The translations under genes and the position numbers were made by a program. This document shows positions 43,398 through 58,629 of a stretch of 64,000 bases of DNA, piece after piece; positions within the stretch are counted from its first letter, which is position 1, and each line of letters begins with the position of its first letter. A model generated the notes under the pieces. It had not been told where the DNA came from. It did not search any database and worked only from the letters and a program-made list of their open reading frames with translations. The stretch spans positions 19,640,795 to 19,704,794 of the forward strand of contig NC_092670.1 of NCBI RefSeq assembly GCF_964355755.1. Direction: 5' to 3'. This DNA comes from Antedon mediterranea. Taxonomy: Eukaryota > Animalia > Echinodermata.

Positions 43398-46300
43398 TCA
43401 CTGAATGCAGCAAACAACTTTTTTAATTTTACGTCCGGTTGATGAGGATGATTCTCCTTCATCGTTAACTAGACTTCTTTGGCTTAACTTCAGTCGCATC
43501 TGCAAAAGGTCACTGCGCACACTCGGTCTCCTCGCATTAGGCGAAACAATCCCACAGGCCTCGCTGAGCCTCCTTCGAAAAGTTAATCGGTTATTTTCCT
43601 TAGGCTTCAGAGTCGGTGTATTGCTGGCACTCATTTTCCTGTGCAAAGACGGGCTCATTTCGCTCGGCAACTTAGCATTTTCAAATAAAAGCCTGAATAA
43701 TGTGTCAATGTTAATAGACTTCTTTGCCGATGTCTCGATAAACGAGCATCGTTTGTTATTAGTCTCGAAACCTTTTGCTGCTTCCTCCGAACTAACAGCC
43801 CTGCAAGCTTCTTTATCGCACTTATTTGCAGCAATCACCATAGGCACACTCTTAGCGCCTCCATTACATACTTTGGTTTCAATAATTTGGTCTTTGAGAC
43901 GCACCGCTTCCTGGAAAGTATTTTTATTATCGATACTATACACAATGATGAAAATATCTCCTGAAAAACACAAAATATAGAAATTGTAAATTATCTGGTT
44001 GAATGTCAAATAATTATAGAATTGAATCGTCTACAAATCGTAAATACAAATTTATAGATCCATGATATAATCATAGGTTCATTAACGTTTCATTGTTATC
44101 AAAGTTCTTTACTTGCCTATAAATATTCATTAAGTATTAATTAAAATATCAATCAATATTCAATATAATTTATTTATTTTTTACAGATATTCAATAATAT
44201 CTATTATAGATATTCAGAAAATATTCATTATAACACAAGTATTCTTTCAAACTGTATAGTTGTGCAGATGATAACTATATACAGATTTCATACCAAGAAT
44301 TATAATTTGATAAGGCTATGCATATACTGCCACTAGCCACAATAAACAAAATTCTTGACTGGATATAAATATTCATGAAGTGGCTAAGCAATGCTCTTAT
44401 TAGGTAAGTGAGTAATGGTCAATTAACGAACTCTCTAATGTACGAAAACAGTTTTCATGCCGAGTAAATACTAAAGAGTGCCTATAAATACAAATTTGAA
44501 AATCATTTGGCTATTTTTATAGGGTCGTTAAATTCTATATAAAAGGAAACAGATTATACTATAAATAAATAACGAGATTAGAAACAGCTTTATATACTGG
44601 GAACACAATGATGGACTTTAATAATTAGCAAAAATCCTGTTCCAAGGAAAAAACAGATATTTTGCATAATACAAGAACTATATATCATAAAAAAATGAAG
44701 GCCTATTGAACTAGCACCGTCTAATGTATAATATTGGGAAAAAAACATTTGTTTCATAAAGCTACTCAGTGGTTCATGGTGAAACCATAGAATAAATTAA
44801 ATTAAATTAAATGCACTGAAGAACCTGTACCATGGGGTTACCAATACCAATAAAAAAAAAGAAAGGAATGTTAACGAAACCATGGTGCATCAAACTTAAA
44901 TCGATTTGCAATTATCGAATTTGTATACAATGGTAATTAAAGGTGTGTAAATAATACAGTAGTGCCACTGTTTCTTTGTGAACGATACAATTGACCAAAT
45001 AAAACGTGTATATCATGGAATTAGAATAATCGATAATGAACTTTTAAAGATTATCTGAAAGAAAATATGAGAAGTGAATGGGTTTATAAGGCCGAGGATA
45101 ATGCTGTAGACAAGTTGACGCTAGATAGATGGTCGTAGGTTCTGGCTCACATTGAACTACATAAAGCCATTCACACAATGTGTATTTAACTATTATTTAT
45201 TCACTGATAAATATGTTGTAGAAATTATAAGAAAAAGAAAATATGTATAAGAAATTAAACTTGTTTTTTCGATAGGCCTAGTGGGTTCATGTAGAATAAC
45301 TGACAATACAAAATGTATATGCAGCAGAACTTATATCAACAGGTCCATGTAGAGCAAGTATTGCATAATCGAGTAATGTAATACAACTAACTAACCTGGT
45401 TAAACAGAAACGTAGTTAACTAAATAGTAAATACAACTAACTAACCTGGTTAAACAGAAACGTACGGTAGTTAACTAAATAGTAAATACAACTAACTAAC
45501 CTGGTTAAACAGAAACGTAGTTAACTAAATAGTAAATACAACTAACTAACCTGGTTAAACAGAAACTTGGTCAACTAAATATTAATAACGCTTGTCACGT
45601 TATACAGTATAACGTTTCAAACAAAACTGTACCAATCGCAAGTATCACATTATATCATTGTTATGGATAGGATATTATTAAGTTTGTTTTTATTTCATTT
45701 TGATGCACGATGTTAACATGGCGTTGTAACAACTTCCTGATGTGAGTGTATACATTTAATAATTATGTGAACCACGTCAAATGAGAGGTAGTGGGACGAT
45801 TCGGCACTGAGAAGATTCGGCCCACTACATTATAGTATGGAAACGTGAACGTGAACTATCATAGATTTATGTAATTTGCAGTGTTGATAAAGCTTCGACA
45901 ATGTGCGATAGGACTAATCAATACAAAACAATAATATAGACAGTGTGACTGCAGAACATGTGGTCTTGATGAAGGAACTTGCCTTGTAGACAGAATGTGC
46001 ACTTCATTTTCTGCTTGACTTCTGCCAATGCTATGAAAAATGTCGCTATTCTGTACGTTCACCTAAAGTGACAACAATAACAATACAGCGTGTATTGATC
46101 AATCTATCATGTCTACCAGCGTGTTAATTGAATTACACAGACACGTGGGGTAAGTATGTTATGACTAATACGTCATGTCAATGTTTGTCAAAGTTATTTA
46201 ATTCCAAGCATGTGTTTTATGCATTTGTACTTTTGTTTGCTCTTTTCAGTTCAGTTTTTGACGTTAAAAAGGGGCTTTCGTTTTTACGACACGGCACGCG

Positions 46301-49300
46301 ACTAGACATCTATTGAATGTATCAGTCATTGTGGGCATGTTCATATGCTTCTCTGGGCGTCGTGCATGGAATGACTTTTCGACTTGACAGATACGTTGTT
46401 TAATAGCTTCTGGTGAAACAAAAGTTCTTGACGAATTGATGCAATATATCTGAATTTTAGTGGTAATTGTTTTCAGAAAACCAGGATATGGAGAGTTAAT
46501 TGGCCATGTCTAGTATAATAAAAGATATCTATTCTGAATAAAATATCGTGTAAACCGTCGACGGATATTGCTAAAAATGAGAAGCTTCATATTACATTAC
46601 ACTAATCAATATACATTACACAAATTCATAATTTGAATTATATAATAAATAATCAATAATGCATTTTTATGACATTATGAGGTGAAATAGTACGGCAGGT
46701 GTAAAAGTATAAAACACAATCCGTATAGGGCTTCAATTAATGCGTTTGTTAGGTGGTTATTGGTATGTTAAGACGTATACGTGTGACTGGCGCCAACAAC
46801 TTTTTTTCTTCCTAAGCAGACGTATTTTGTTCCCGAACGTAACCCTTTCTCTATGGTTTATATAGTGTTTAGTAATACAGGTTGATCGTTCATTAAGTAC
46901 ATTGTATTATTATTTCATTACTTACTATTCCATCAAGGATTATCAGCCAAGTCAACACTACAAGTATCCTATAATTGTATTCGTGCAAATGTGTGAACGT
47001 GAAAACTAATTCAATCATATTTTTTCCTTAAAAAATGCCACTAAGTTTGTCCATCGAATATGACACTCTACCAAACTCGTAAAGTGTTAACTTAACGTTA
47101 TGTAGTGTATTAGTAACATCATGTAATTTCATCTGTCATATACAGTTCCAATGACACGTGTTTTTATATACTACTGTGATTTAAAATTGTCAACTCTTTA
47201 GTAAAACTTCATGTTACTATAACATAACATGATTCGCTAATATAGTATGCTATATAAACATCATATTGCATTGAAATAGAAAAATACCAGTTTTATTGTT
47301 GGTTACGTCTTATTATCGTCCGTTACGTTATTATCGTCCGTTACGTCTTATTATCGTCCGTTACGTCTTTACTGCATGAGGTATCTCCGATTATAAAGAC
47401 CCTGTATGGGACCGTGGTTTTAACATTAAATTTCTGTTTTAAAAGTATACTACTAATTATTCAAATGACTGTATTAAAATGTTATGATTTTTATAGTGAT
47501 ACGCATCAAATCTCTATGACTTTCATAAATTTATTTTCTTAGTAAATATGTCACCGGTAGTACGGATCCAACTAGTATCACAACGTAGCGCTCCGTTTTT
47601 TCAGAAACATAATAATTTTTTTTAAAGGTTACTATTTGAGCATAAACAAAACATTTAATATATACATTATTTTCCTTAAATTATTTTTTGTAATACTTTC
47701 AGATTGGCAATTCCATTTTTAATTTTTTTTTTTTTTGAGACAACACACTATATATTATACCTATACCCAATACTATAATTGGTTTCATAAGATTTCGATA
47801 TGAAGATCGCACGAGACGCCACGTAGCCATCGGCACCATCATATTGATTCATTATCTGGCAATAACTAAAATCAATATCATTTTGACAGAATTAATTGGA
47901 TATTTAATATTAATTGAAATAAACGGCAGAGTATTAACATTTTCTAATCTTTGCCAACGACCATCCAACATTCTAAAATATTAAATTCATGATGAAGTTA
48001 ACTACTCCTTTCTCCCAACATTTTTGGTAAAACTTTTCTCTGAGTAGGCTTACATTAATTCTTAATTGTGCATTGCCATATTCTGTGTTTTAGAATTGTA
48101 GATTTTGTATTCTTGAAATGTTTAGATGTATTGTATTTGATTTGAATGTGCTAAGAGGGAAGGTGAGTCTCCAATCCAGATTACAGAAGGCTCTTCTTAG
48201 CCAGAGGGATCCAGTCATCTGTGTTTCATGTCAGCTTACTTAGTGGTCTGTTGTGTATGTTTTTTGACAAGAAAGAATACGAATAAGAGTATGTTCAATT
48301 ATCCTGGTTTTAAGAAATCAATAAAAATCAAAACTACCTGTTCTTACCTTGAAATTGTATATGTATTATTCTGGTAATTCTCATACAGCGTTTTAAGGTA
48401 TATACATAAATAGGCCTAATAATGTTGACCTTTTGTAACCATTCACGTGTATACAGTTTATGAACTTTCAATAAATGAAAAAAGTCTCATCCTAATTATA
48501 ACCATCTCAAAATAGTTTCATGACTATATACTATCCAGCATGTTTACATTCATATTCTAAAATTATACACACTATGTCTATTTAAAGAATAGGCATGCTG
48601 GTTATAATATAATGAAGTTATTTATACTGCTAATGTATATATATATATATTATACTATTTACTACATGCTGATCAAATCATCAACTTAGTTGATATACGT
48701 TGTCTAAAAATAATGTTCAAATCCGATTTTGGTAAATTCATTATCTACCAACACGTTCTCAACAGATATTTGTTATCGTGCCATTAGTTCTAAGACCTAA
48801 TAATAGAGTTAATACACTCTCAGCATGTTGAATAACACGTTCAAATACAATTCTACAAAATAGAGAGGTCACAGTAACATTGACAAACACGGAGATGAGA
48901 AAAACCATGAAGCAAAGAATATAGAAATTAACGCAAGGCCAAGGATTTGAGTATCAACAGACAACCAACAACCCACAAAATTAACAGTTACATTTAACGA
49001 AACTTCCAGTTGACTATACATTTGGCTTTTATCACGTAAATGTTCTTTTCGATCCAATTTTGGTCAAAGTGAACAACTATTGTGTGATATTAGAAATGAC
49101 CCAGCTATTAGCAGCTGGGGTTTTTTCCAGAAGGGGACATCTTTAAACAAAAAAGTTACGAGAGCGTACAATATAAATAATAATATCAAGGTCATTACGC
49201 ATGCGCGAAGCTTCTATGTGTCTCGGATATTTTCAAAGCAAAGGTAACTTGTAAATGAATCTTCAAACCTATTTGTATTGTAGTGTATAAGCTGAGCTAC

Positions 49301-52300
49301 CGTAGGTATCTTAAATGCATTTCTGTTTAAAAGTGCTTCACTTTGTCATTCTAATCGGTTTAAAAAAATACTAGATTAAGTAATTATTACTAAATTGGGT
49401 TGTTTTAAGTAGGGCCTAAATATTAAAAATTCTTCAAAATACTCAATTTTTAATCTTTTTAATGGTTTGACGAAACAATGTAATCAATTAAAATTATTCG
49501 AATGTGTAGATTGCGTTTAAAAAAACAGTTCCAACGCGAATTAACAATTTCACTTCCAATTAAAAGCTATACTTTAGAAAACATATGGTACGTCAATACT
49601 GTCAAAGATTGTGGCTTTCCTCTTAACAACGGAAAACAGGTATTCTTGGTAAATTTTATATTTCCGAATTACATTATCGATATTGGTTAATTAATTGATT
49701 GCTCGCATTACTGAGAGACATTAGTACCACATCGTTATATTTATCTCTCCAATAAAATCGAAATTATTGCCACTCATTGGACAAAAGAAATAAAATGTTC
49801 GTTTGGTTTAAGAAAAGAGATCTAATTTCGAACTATAAAATTACTAATAATAATACTAGGGGAAAAATAATTTTCGACAATAATTTGAGAATTTATTATT
49901 AGTTTTAAATTCCACCGATTTCCTGCGGAAGTACAAGTTAACATTTACAATTGTTTTAACCATTCTCGTTTAATTGCTGAGAATGCTATAGTTTTGTTTG
50001 ATGTCGAATTCTCATATACAACAACATTTTACAGCACGAGTTTAAAACACGGTAATAGGAACAGTAAATCAAGAGCACATTTTGTGATTACTGCTGGCGC
50101 GATGCATCACGACCTGCGCGCTGTTCGTGATAACGATGCAGCATGCCCATAGGTTGCAATTTCGTATAGATTAATAAGGCTTGTAGATATATTCGCATTT
50201 ACTGCTGCATATACAGTGACAAAACGGCATGTTATTAAGAGAAAATGCATCTATTTATTTTTACTTACATATATGTATTATGTACAGTTATAAATTACAC
50301 TATATCACACGGAAAGCAATATTGTGATATAGACTATATCGACGAAAATTACTATTTAGTTTTATATCTAAAAATTAAGAACATGACGTGTTTCGAATAA
50401 TCAGTACGGAGAATATGAACTACCTCATAATATTGCAATCGATGCAAAGTAGATAAGGATATGATAAATCAATTTCTGTTTTGAGAAAACTGTTAATACA
50501 ATTTTAATTGTTAATTGTACCAATTCACCTAGATTTATACGTAAATAAGGATAGTAGAAGTTTTGTTGGACAGTCGTAGCAGATAATACGACAGCATTTA
50601 TACTGGGAACTTTAATTAGCATTTACCAGGTTGTTATGACTCATGTGAAAAGGTTATCGGTTATTATTCGCTATTGTAATCCTGGTCAAGCAAACAGGAT
50701 CTTATTCAGTCAAGAGCTTTCCTAAACAGCCGGCAACCAATGTAACAATTAGTTCAAACGTTAAGGTACGCCTTTTATACGCGCGCGTGACCTATTTGTC
50801 AATATAACAGTGAGACGTCGGCGTTCAAACGTTGTTAAATGGCACGCTTTTTATACGCGCGCGTGAACTTGTGTCAATGTAACAATTAGTGGCACGGCGG
50901 CGTTCAAACGTTGCTAATAATATTTGGCTTTTACACGCGCGCGTGAATTGTGTAACGGACAAAATATAAAACCTAGTGTACATTTCATTTTGATGCAAAC
51001 ATCGTTAGTAATTAATACCGATGTTGTCTTGTGTACCATAAGCATCCATGTATTTTGTATTTTAATAATTCATGTGAGATAGAGAGGTTGTCATGATTCA
51101 TAAGATGAATTTCAAAGAACTTGTACGTCAAAACCAACAGTATTTATCATGTTTTTATAATTAAACAGGATGTCGTTATCAATTACGATGAAAGTCAATA
51201 TACTGTGCTCATAAATATTTGATTAATTCATGTTTAAACTATCTATGAGGCAATCAATGGATATTAACTTATGATGAACATACTATCAAATTATCTAAAT
51301 TGTATGTTAGCGTGAGTTGTATGCGCCTCCCAGACAGACCATTGCAGCAACAAAATCACTATAGGATTATAGAGTTACCCGTTCCAAACTAAACACTGAA
51401 GATACCGTTGGTAAGAGTTGATGCTAGGAATATTATGTATACATCAGCCTAAACTCACCATACTGACCCAATTTACCTTAATTATTCCCATTGGAGCTTA
51501 ACAGATGAACGATTTAATTCTACTAAGAGCGTCATTCCTGGAATCGATCTGAACACGTAAAATGCATTCTATGTATTATCATATATGCAAGTTAAATGAA
51601 AATCCGGGATATCACACCTCGAACGTGGTATTAATTGAAACTATCAGCAAGGATTTTATTAGATCTTCTGAGAAAGAAGTGACGAGGTAAATTAGCGTTA
51701 CTCACATAGCATTATTAGTCTGACTTTCAGAAATAAAGAGTTCAATCGATCGAACAGTTAATTTTTTTCCGACTTGGATAAAGAACTGAATTGTCCAATC
51801 AAATTCTACAAACTAATAAAGAACAGTAAACCTTATTCAACCCTAGGACTGCAAACCTTTTCAACTGGAGGACTCGAAACTTTATTGAACTGGATGACTG
51901 GAAACATTTTTCAACTGGATGACTGGAAACCTTATTAAGAACTTACTTACCTACTTCAGACTGGAAACTTATTCAGAATGGAAACATAAAATTCAGATTG
52001 GAAGAATGGAAACTTTATTCAACTGGAGGATTTAAGATTGGGTAACTGGAAACCATATTCAAACTGGAAACTTTTTCAGATTTGAAACTTATTCAGACTG
52101 GAGAAATGGAAACTTTATTCAGACTGGAAACTTATTCAGACTGGAGGAAACTTTTCAGACCGAAAAAAACTTTCATTGACTACAGTGAAATATACCTATA
52201 AGACTTAAACCAATACCATTTTACAGTAGTCAAATATACCGAAAGTAGGCTCCAATTCTACTTTTATTTTTTTTCCATCGATTAACTATTTTGTGTTGCA

Positions 52301-55300
52301 ATTTATTTAATGAGACAATTAAACCATGCCACTATAGAAATCATTTTCATTTTCTGTAGAAATTTAAATGGTGATTAAACGTTTGACTCTAGGGCATAAT
52401 CTTTACTAATTTTGATAATACATGAGTGATACTGAAGTTTACTTTGTTTTAATCGATGCTGAACCTTACGACCTTTTGATGATCGTAATAGTTGTGCCTA
52501 AAGATTAGTGCCACAACGATAATGAAAACTTCCTCTGAAGGTTAAAACGCATTAAACTGGTGCAGTGGAAAAGAAGTACACACACGCGAATAGTTGAGTA
52601 GGTAAATTAGGATAAATCTCGCAGATAAAAAATGTTAACGAGCTGCAGCTTTACCTCTTCAGCAGGGCCGTGGCCACCAGTACGGTTAGCAAGGTTTCAA
52701 CCTGGCCTTTGACAAAGAGATTCTTCCCTTTTCTTGCGGAAACCGGACCACTTTATTTCTCGTGGCTACATCACTGTTCAGTGGTGTCTCTGGAACACAA
52801 ACCAAACAAGAGGGAGAGACAAATTTATCAGTAGCAAATGCAAATGTCACTGCCCTCTTAAATGAGTCAACACGGTCTGCTCGTCAGGTTAACGAACCAT
52901 AATGAAGAAATGAAGTACTGTACATGGAGAATAATCCATTTAATAAAAACGTCATAACTATCCAGTAACCGATGGGTTTCTGGTATCTTGTGATGATTTC
53001 GTGAGTCTCTTGTCGCTGTATTATAGCCTGTGTGAAGAAAATTGTATGTATCTCACTTTTTACATATTGTTTTGCAGCGCATTTTACTAATAATAATGAG
53101 CTTAAAATTGCTACGCTACATGCAGAAAAAAATGATCAAACGCTATCGCGGTAGTCCCTTTAATTGGGCAAACAGTGAAGCGTGTTCACATGTTTAATGA
53201 AACAAAAAGAAAATCGCTTAGATGGAAAGGACGCTTTGATAATCTGACAGGTACTGAGAGAACGTTAATTAGAAGATGATGTTGGAACATGTTTGTTTAT
53301 ATCATAGAGTGGATTCTCCATCAATCAAACTAAAACAGAAAATTAAATGTAAACTGAGATAGGCATATCCGAGAACACTTATATCGTGATGGTATAGCGT
53401 TTACCATCTCGTTTTATTGACTCTATACAAAGTCTTATGGTATCAATTCCATGAGACAGGTTATGTACATTACGCAAGTTGTCAAAATGGCATTCACATC
53501 TCCACAATAACAATTCACGCATGCGTACACACATGCCCAGTAATCAGATTAGTTAACAACAAACTGTTATAGTTTACATTGCTTTTCAAAACATTCGAAA
53601 GCTATGGCTCTCCACTGAATCATAGCTGCCCTGGATGCTCTGCCCTGTATTCGATGTAGATTCCATATTGCCGGCCCTTGATGCCCGCATCCATACATCA
53701 TACACATATCATGTTGTGGTGGTTATCCTGGTGGATCATGCCCTTTACACACCAGATGCATTGATGACTGCACTGAAGGCTCCCTACCTGCTACCATTAA
53801 GGTTCTATGCCTTTCCTGGGTGGTGCTCAACAAATTGGAAGAAGAAAGTCTGCATTGAACTTTGCAACCCTGCTGTGTAACACTACAATACTCTCAACCG
53901 GGGAGGAACACTTTTAATTCCTCTTTAACTCACACGTCTTTTAATTATAGTCACGTGTTTCTTTACTAAATTGAGATCTTAGAAAAACGATTACCGTAAT
54001 TAGATTGTCATTTTCATTTGTGGCCACCGCGTTTAAAATTGGGAAGGATCGATTTGATAGTAATGGATTGAGAACACAAAACAGACAAATAAAAACGTAG
54101 CGGGAAGTTAATATCTGCAGCATTGTTGCTCTTGTTGCTAAATGAACGCTGTGATAATTATTGACACACGCATTTATAGCTAGATTGTTTTTTTCGATGA
54201 TACAGATACTATTTTGTTTGTCGAACGTTTTCATTTAAATGTTGCTTTATAGAGGCCTATCTGAACCATACCTTTTCTAAGTAAGAAAAAGATTTTGTTA
54301 TTAGAGCGTTACATTAGTCAGCCATATGTAACACAAGGCAAACAGAGTTAAGTAACAGAAGGTATGTACATAATTTATGAACATTCATAAATCGAACATT
54401 AAATTTATGCATTCTTGGTATTTCGTCACATGTTTTCATTCTCACCATAGGTGATAATTTAATACATACATTTCCGAAGTTGTTCAGATTGTGAAAGACA
54501 TTTTACATTACTTTATTGAAATTTAAGCATTTGATCTAGTTCTGCAACAGAATGAACGAAGCGTGACAAATGAACAAAAGTCTCTAGACCATATTCCATT
54601 AACCAGATTAACTGAGCAGCGGTATAGATTTAATTGCACGCACACAACGTACCTTGATAAACGCACGCCTTGTTCCTTTATTATAATGACGCGTAAAACC
54701 TAAACGTTTTTAACATAGAAACAAAATCAGAGAAACAAGTCAAATTGACAACAGAAGAGGCGTCTTAACAAGATTAGCACCTTCTTCCTGGGATTAAACA
54801 GACTAACACTTATTTCAAGTGTTCTAGGCCTACGTGCTTGTTTACTGTAGGCTGTTCAGTCAGTATTTAGTTTGTAGAATTGCGATGAATATATACGTTT
54901 AGTTCAATTAAATAAACACGAAAACGTAACCGAATACGCAGCTCTCTCAGAGCTATAATTAAATCACAAGTAACTACACTCAGCGGAAGTTAACGTAGTA
55001 AACGTGTGTTTATGGCGACAACTGCACATTTTCGAATGTGTTTGAATATCAACATTGATAATAATAATATTATAAGATCTTAATACTACTGTAGACCTTT
55101 AGTCAATTCTAAGATGACAGAAACATGTTACGTCAATGCGATCGAATTATTAACTGTGGCCTATACACCCGACCAGAACCAGAGTGAAACATCCAAACCA
55201 ACTCATCACCTACCAATGCCCTTTAGTGTATTTCCGCATCACTGCTAAGATATGTTCGATTCGGTAATTACATTCATTTAGCTTACTGATGTATCCGTCC

Positions 55301-58300
55301 TTGTTATTTGAGTAATATAATGTTAATATTAATAATATTTAGGATAAGAGCACGTAGTACCAGCCTTCATAAGAAAATGAAACAAACACTAGTAGTCTGT
55401 ATAACTCACGAGTTCTTTTTATCGTTCTAGAATTACAGAAAGTGATCTCCATGTTGAGAAAAGTATAGTTGTACTGGTTTTAAGATTTTGTTTAACACTA
55501 AGCTTTCACCCGCACATTGGATTATAATTTACAATTGTTTTCATCGAGGAAGATTATAAGTGAAATATCTTACAAGACATCTTGCTAACATGATTAACGA
55601 CAGTTACTGCAGTAAACAAGTTTAGTAGGATAATAAAATATAACTTTAATGAATATCTATATATTATCTGTACTATGTGCTTACAAAACTAGAAATCTAC
55701 CAAAATATAATATAAAAGTTTCCATGTAGGCCTAAGTTGTTGAAGTATGTAAAAATGGGAGAAACTAACCACAACCTTTCAGAAGGCAACAGTCGGGAAT
55801 AGCACAAAATAACTTAATTTCCAAAACATGATACCATTCACTGACAATTTTAAATTTGTTTTTATTGAAATAATTGTTTTCAACTAACGACAAAAAATGC
55901 AAGCAAGCAAGCTGAAAGACGGAATAATTAAATCTTTCCTGAATTTCCTTCTCAAGAGGCTAATTAATACAGAAGATATCTTCAAGTAGCCACATTGTGG
56001 ATCAATAATCCGACCCTAGAGTGGGTTTATATACAGGTGTGCATCGGTCACATGTAATCAGTCGCTATCCTGGTTCATTGCTGATCGGTAGAACAACACA
56101 TTATTTGTCTTTTATTGTTTCAATATATTGCATTCAATAAATAAATTGATTTGTTAGTTATTAACACTAAAGGATAGTTTGAAGATATGAATTAGAGTGC
56201 GGTTTGTGTCGGAACCGGAATCGATATTGACCATGGGAGGTATAATAACATATTAGTATGATGATGTGTCTTCAAGTGATCTTCAAAAATCTAGATGAAA
56301 ACAAATGTTGATGAATGTATGTCGTTGAAAGTATAACGATTAATATAGAATGATGGTTCAAAGTGATTGCTGAATGTTGCAGTACGTTGATGATAAATAT
56401 TACAGTATGTTGATGATAAATATTACAGTATGTTGATGATAAATATTACAGTATGTTGATGATGAATGTTAGGTTGATGATGAATGTTACAGTATGTTGA
56501 TGATGAATGTTACAGTATATTGATGATGAATGTTACAGTATATTGATGATGAATGTTACAGTATGTTGATAATGAATGTTACAGTATGTTGATGATGGAT
56601 GTTACAGTATGTTGATGATCAATGTCACAGTATGTTGATGATGAATGTCACAGTATATTGATGATCAATGTCACAGTATGTTGATGATGAATGTTACAGT
56701 ATGTTGATGGATGTTACAGTATGTTGATGATCAATGTCACAGTATGTTGATGATGAATGTTACAGTATGTTGATGATGAATGTTACAGTATGTTGATGAT
56801 GAATGTTACAGTATGTTGATGATGAATATTACAGTATGTTGATGATGAATGTTAGGTTGATGATGAATATTACAGTATGTTGATGATGAATGTTAGGTTG
56901 ATGATGAATGTTACAGTATGTTGATGATGAATGTTACAGTATATTGATGATGAATGTTACAGTATATTGATGATGAATGTTACAGTATGTTGATAATGAA
57001 TGTTACAGTATGTTGATGATGAATGTTACAGTATGTTGATGATGAATGTCACAGTATGTTGATGATGAATGTCACAGTATGTTGATGATGAATGTTACAG
57101 TATGTTGATGATGAATGTTACAGTATGTTGATGATGAATGACTTGATAAAGATGTACTTGAGATGATAAAATGTTGATAATTATAATAGTAATAATGGAG
57201 ATGAAAATTAGGAAGTACAGTGTATGTTGATGAAACGTACAACATACGATAGAGATGTAAGATGTTATTGATATACTGATGAAACTTTGATGACTATGAA
57301 TATAATAATGATGATGATGCTGACGATGATGTGATTGATGTGATAAAGAAGGAAGATTTTATGAAAGTACAGTATAAGGATGTTGATAAAACGGCAATTA
57401 TGATCTTGAATGTTGGTGTACGTTGGACGATGTCTTGAATGTATGTTGATGAAATTTTGATGATGACTATGATAATGATTGGGGGGGGGGGGGGGGATAA
57501 GATATGTTGCCAAAAGTACAATGTCGGTATACGTGCGATAAATATGGAAGATGTTCTTGAATGTTGATGAATATGTCTCTTTGTCAAACGTCATAGTTTG
57601 TACCAAGTACCCGTATGAATGTCGGTACGTAAGATACAGTAGGTCTGAATAATACACAGTAAAGAACAGACAAAATTCCAATCTCCTCCAACATATTAAT
57701 CTTCGTTAATCTTTCATTTGAGAGAAATGAAAGCAACACCAAATTAATATCATACCAAGTACAAGTTGAGAAATCTGCATTACCATGTTAATACTAATGC
57801 CAAGCAGTCAGCATAATGTGTAATGTGTAAAGTTTATTATCATCTAATTGCTGACAAATAATGTGAGTATTTTACAGACATGACAATTGCATCACAAACG
57901 AATGATTGTGAACAAATTAGTGTAGTAATCAACTCATTACATTTATATAGCGCAATGACCTCGTTTTAACAACACTTTCCCCATAAGAATTGTATAAGGC
58001 TGTAGGCGTACGTATACGTTTTGTCTAAAAATCGTATCTCCAAACTGAAAGAGACTTCAGTACTGTACATGTTCGTTAAAAAAAACTAGTTCATCGTGTT
58101 CGAGGGCGCTGTATGAGCGGTTATCATAATAATTATTTAGCTATATAACACTATACTTTTCGTAAGTTAGTATAAGGAAAGTGTTTACATAAACCTAACT
58201 ACTGTATTCCTGCACTAAACACAAAAGTATGGTTATAACATAAGAGTACGAGTAAGATTGTACCTACCTGTTAAGATGGACAGTTTGCACATAGCTGGAA

Positions 58301-58553
58301 AGGGGTTATTGCCGGACGTGTCCAAAATGTCCAGTCGATACACTTGACCCTTTATTTTATAGATCTTTCGATGGAAATCTTCAATCGTAGGAGTGTACTG
58401 GTCTTCAAAACGTCCGGTCAAAAATCGATTGACTATCGCCGTTTTCCCGACTTTTGGCGATCCGAGAACAACTAAACGGAAACAGTTATCCGGCGGGACT
58501 TCGATATCGCTGTCCCGCGATGGAGAATCGTCGGGTGATGAGGATGAGCTCAT
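43398..58553 (-). CDS. RASD1: RASD-family small GTPase (Dexras1/Rhes-like), 282 aa, 2 coding exons
   Basis: Exon 1 58268-58553 (RLVVLGSPKVGKT, YTPTIEDFHRK, LDILDTSGNNPFPAM, LSILTG); exon 2 43398-43960 (NKCD, ETSAK, AKLPSEMSPSLHRK, ARRPSVRSDL, CAAX box CCIQ). Phase-1 GT-AG intron of 14,307 bp. Probably a co-ortholog of RASD1/RASD2. Confidence 0.95.
45377..45581. repeat. ~51-56-bp tandem repeat, about 4 copies
   Basis: AATACAACTAACTAACCTGGTTAAACAGAAACGTAGTTAACTAAATAGTA repeated. Confidence 0.9.
47302..47369. repeat. ~19-bp minisatellite
   Basis: GTTACGTCTTATTATCGTCC repeated about 3.5 times. Confidence 0.85.
51855..52165. repeat. Degenerate ACTGGAAAC/TATTCAG minisatellite
   Basis: Many irregular copies of ACTGGA(AAC)TTATTCA. 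Confidence 0.75.
56385..57140. repeat. 23-bp minisatellite, about 30 copies
   Basis: TACAGTATGTTGATGATGAATGT repeated with variants; degenerate GAT-rich flanks extend on both sides. Confidence 0.97.
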
Positions 58554-58629
58554 CTTAGCTGCTAAAAAGTGCAACAGTAAAAATCACAAATGCGACGGGA
58601 GAATTACACTTTTTCCAAGTCGTTAACGC

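Noticed and set aside
43405-43980. 191-aa + strand ORF (also 58393-58626)
   Set aside because: Antisense shadows of RASD coding exons; non-ATG or weak context and no independent features.
53620-53930. GC-richer patch with an 81-aa ORF inside the RASD intron
   Set aside because: No recognisable domain or supported splice structure. Probably a retroelement relic, but I cannot classify it.
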